Assembly: GCA_030390025.1 (NCBI GenBank)
Contig: CM059431.1
Coordinates: 119,600,001 to 119,664,000 of the forward strand
Direction: 5' to 3'
Source of the DNA: Squalus acanthias
Taxonomy: Eukaryota
Length of the DNA: 64,000 nucleotides
Shown: positions 62,592 through 64,000 of the stretch, piece by piece
Position numbering within the stretch: position 1 is the stretch's first letter
How the letters are laid out: the number at the start of each line of letters is the position of its first letter
The notes under the pieces: model-generated
What the model saw: only the letters and a program-made list of their open reading frames with translations
The model's database searches: none
What the model was told of the DNA's origin: nothing
Position numbers and translations under genes: made by a program

Positions 62592-62802
62592 TGGAGAGGG
62601 AGGGGGAGGGGGAGAGGGAGAGGGAGGGGGAGAGGGAGGGGGAGAGGGAGAGGGAGGGGGAGGGGGAGAGGGAGAGGGAGGGGGAGAGGGGAGGGGGAGA
62701 GGGAGGGGGAGGGGGGGGAGAGGGAGGGGGAGGGGGAGAGGGAGGGGGAGGGGGAGGGGGAGGGGGAGAGGGAGAGGGAGGGGGAGGGGGAGGGGGAGCG
62801 GG
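62592..62802. repeat. Polypurine (GGGGAG/GGGAGA)n tract
   Basis: Read directly; lies just downstream of the transposase stop. Confidence 0.97.
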
Positions 62803-62817
62803 AGGTACAAGGCGACA

Positions 62818-63969
62818 CTACCTCGTGAAGGTGTTGGCTACCAGCTGCTCCCGAGCTGCCTTACTTTGAGCAGCAGTTGGCTCTTCCCCATCATGCCTTC
62901 CCACAGGCACATTGGCATTGTCCACGTCCTCCATTTCTGCAGGTAGTTCATCTGCAGCATTAAGGGTCAGTCCTTCCTGCAGGGCAAAGTTATGCAAAGC
63001 ACAACAGGCCACCACAATCTTTGCCACTTTCTGAGGAGAATACTGCAAGGTCCCCCCTGACCTGTCCAGGCACCGGAAGCGTGATTTCAGAACTCCAATT
63101 GTCCTCTCCACCACTTGCCGTGTGGACACGTGTGCCTGGTTGTATCTCTCCTGAGCCTCATTATTGGTCTTGCGGTAGGGATACATCAGCCATGGTCTTA
63201 GCGGGTAGCCCTTGTCGCCCAATATCCATGCGGATCCTGGAGGCAATGCGTTGAGGACGCCATATAAGTCAGAGTTACGGAGGACGAAGGAGTCATGATT
63301 ACTTCCACGGTTACCTGCATTCACATTTAAGATCCTGAGATGCGCATCACAGACAATCTGGACATTCAGTGAATGAAACCCCTTCCTGTTGATAAATGTC
63401 ACAGGTGCAACCCCTGGTGCCTTCAATGCTACATGGGTTCCATCGACAGCCCCAATCACTTTGGGGAATCCAGCAATGTTATGAAATGCAAGCGCCATCT
63501 CCTTTTGATGGCGAGCAGACAAGTCATACTTAATGAACTCAGAAGCCCTACGGAAAATGGCTTCTGTGACCTGGTGAATGCAGGCCCTCGCAGCATTCTT
63601 GGATATGTTGCAAATGTCACCGGTGCTTGCCTGAAAAGTCCCACTTGCAAAGAAGTTCAGTGCTGTGGTTACCTTCATGCTCAGTGACAATGCATTGCGG
63701 TTCTTCGTGCGTGTTTGAAGGTCCTCCTTTAACATCTCACAGATTCGGCCAATTGACTCTTTACTGAAGCGCAGCCTCCTCACACACAGCTCCTCCGACA
63801 GCATCTCAAATGACAGCCTCTGCCTGTACACTCTATTTGGTGGGGAGTAGTTTCTCCTTCTCTGGAGGAGACAGGCTTGGATCCTCCGTCTGATTAGTTG
63901 TCTGTATTCGAAAATTCTCAGATACGCAATCCCACAGAGGAGGAACAGGAATCGATTGCAAAAGGGCAT
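62818..63969 (-). CDS. Harbinger DDE transposase (HARBI1-like family), 383 aa, apparently intact
   Basis: Uninterrupted ORF with the triad GAVDGTH / ILGDKGY / RQVVERTIG, plus NRKGFHSLNVQ and CCALHN. Confidence 0.95.
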   Translation of the reverse strand: MPFCNRFLFLLCGIAYLRIFEYRQLIRRRIQACLLQRRRNYSPPNRVYRQRLSFEMLSEELCVRRLRFSKESIGRICEMLKEDLQTRTKNRNALSLSMKVTTALNFFASGTFQASTGDICNISKNAARACIHQVTEAIFRRASEFIKYDLSARHQKEMALAFHNIAGFPKVIGAVDGTHVALKAPGVAPVTFINRKGFHSLNVQIVCDAHLRILNVNAGNRGSNHDSFVLRNSDLYGVLNALPPGSAWILGDKGYPLRPWLMYPYRKTNNEAQERYNQAHVSTRQVVERTIGVLKSRFRCLDRSGGTLQYSPQKVAKIVVACCALHNFALQEGLTLNAADELPAEMEDVDNANVPVGRHDGEEPTAAQSKAAREQLVANTFTR

Positions 63970-64000
63970 CTTTCTCTCACACAGGCTTCCTCCTCAAACT

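Larger units (their letters stand above)
60963..64000 (-). mobile_element. PIF/Harbinger two-gene transposon (family B TIR), runs off the window
   Basis: TAA followed by TIR GGGCCAGAAATT. Myb gene (+) and transposase (-) are convergent. Confidence 0.9.

Noticed and set aside
62493..62869. Pro-, Gly/Arg- and Glu-rich ORFs
   Set aside because: They are translations of the polypurine microsatellite.
62818..63969. Calling this the domesticated host gene HARBI1 (and the Myb gene NAIF1)
   Set aside because: It lies inside a TIR-bounded element with a convergent Myb gene, nested in a MITE. It is a family member, not evidently the orthologue.

Overview
Eukaryotic, repeat-saturated DNA, most consistent with a cartilaginous-fish (shark-type) genome. 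This is inferred from the repeat repertoire: CR1 and L2 LINEs, tRNA-Deu SINEs, Penelope elements and GC-rich Harbinger MITEs. No host protein-coding gene can be supported; the window is probably intronic or intergenic, with one weak candidate micro-exon. The dominant system is a PIF/Harbinger community. It includes three two-gene elements (DDE transposase plus a convergent, spliced Myb/SANT gene) at 40436-44444, 54500-60340 and 60963->64000, the last with an apparently intact transposase. There are also older Myb-only remnants and about 12 MITEs from several families, some nested in each other. The window also holds many CR1/L2 fragments, a LINE with a tRNA-like head and no room for ORF1, two Penelope copies with degenerate hammerhead motifs, two or three solo LTRs, a 27-bp minisatellite, a 255-bp foldback and a polypurine tract. 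The most interesting signals are a MITE family carrying a covarying internal hairpin plus a promoter/splice-donor cassette, an oriented ATG target for one Harbinger family, and nested insertions next to TTAGC..GCTAA palindromes. Coordinates were read by eye, so boundaries of old fragments are approximate.
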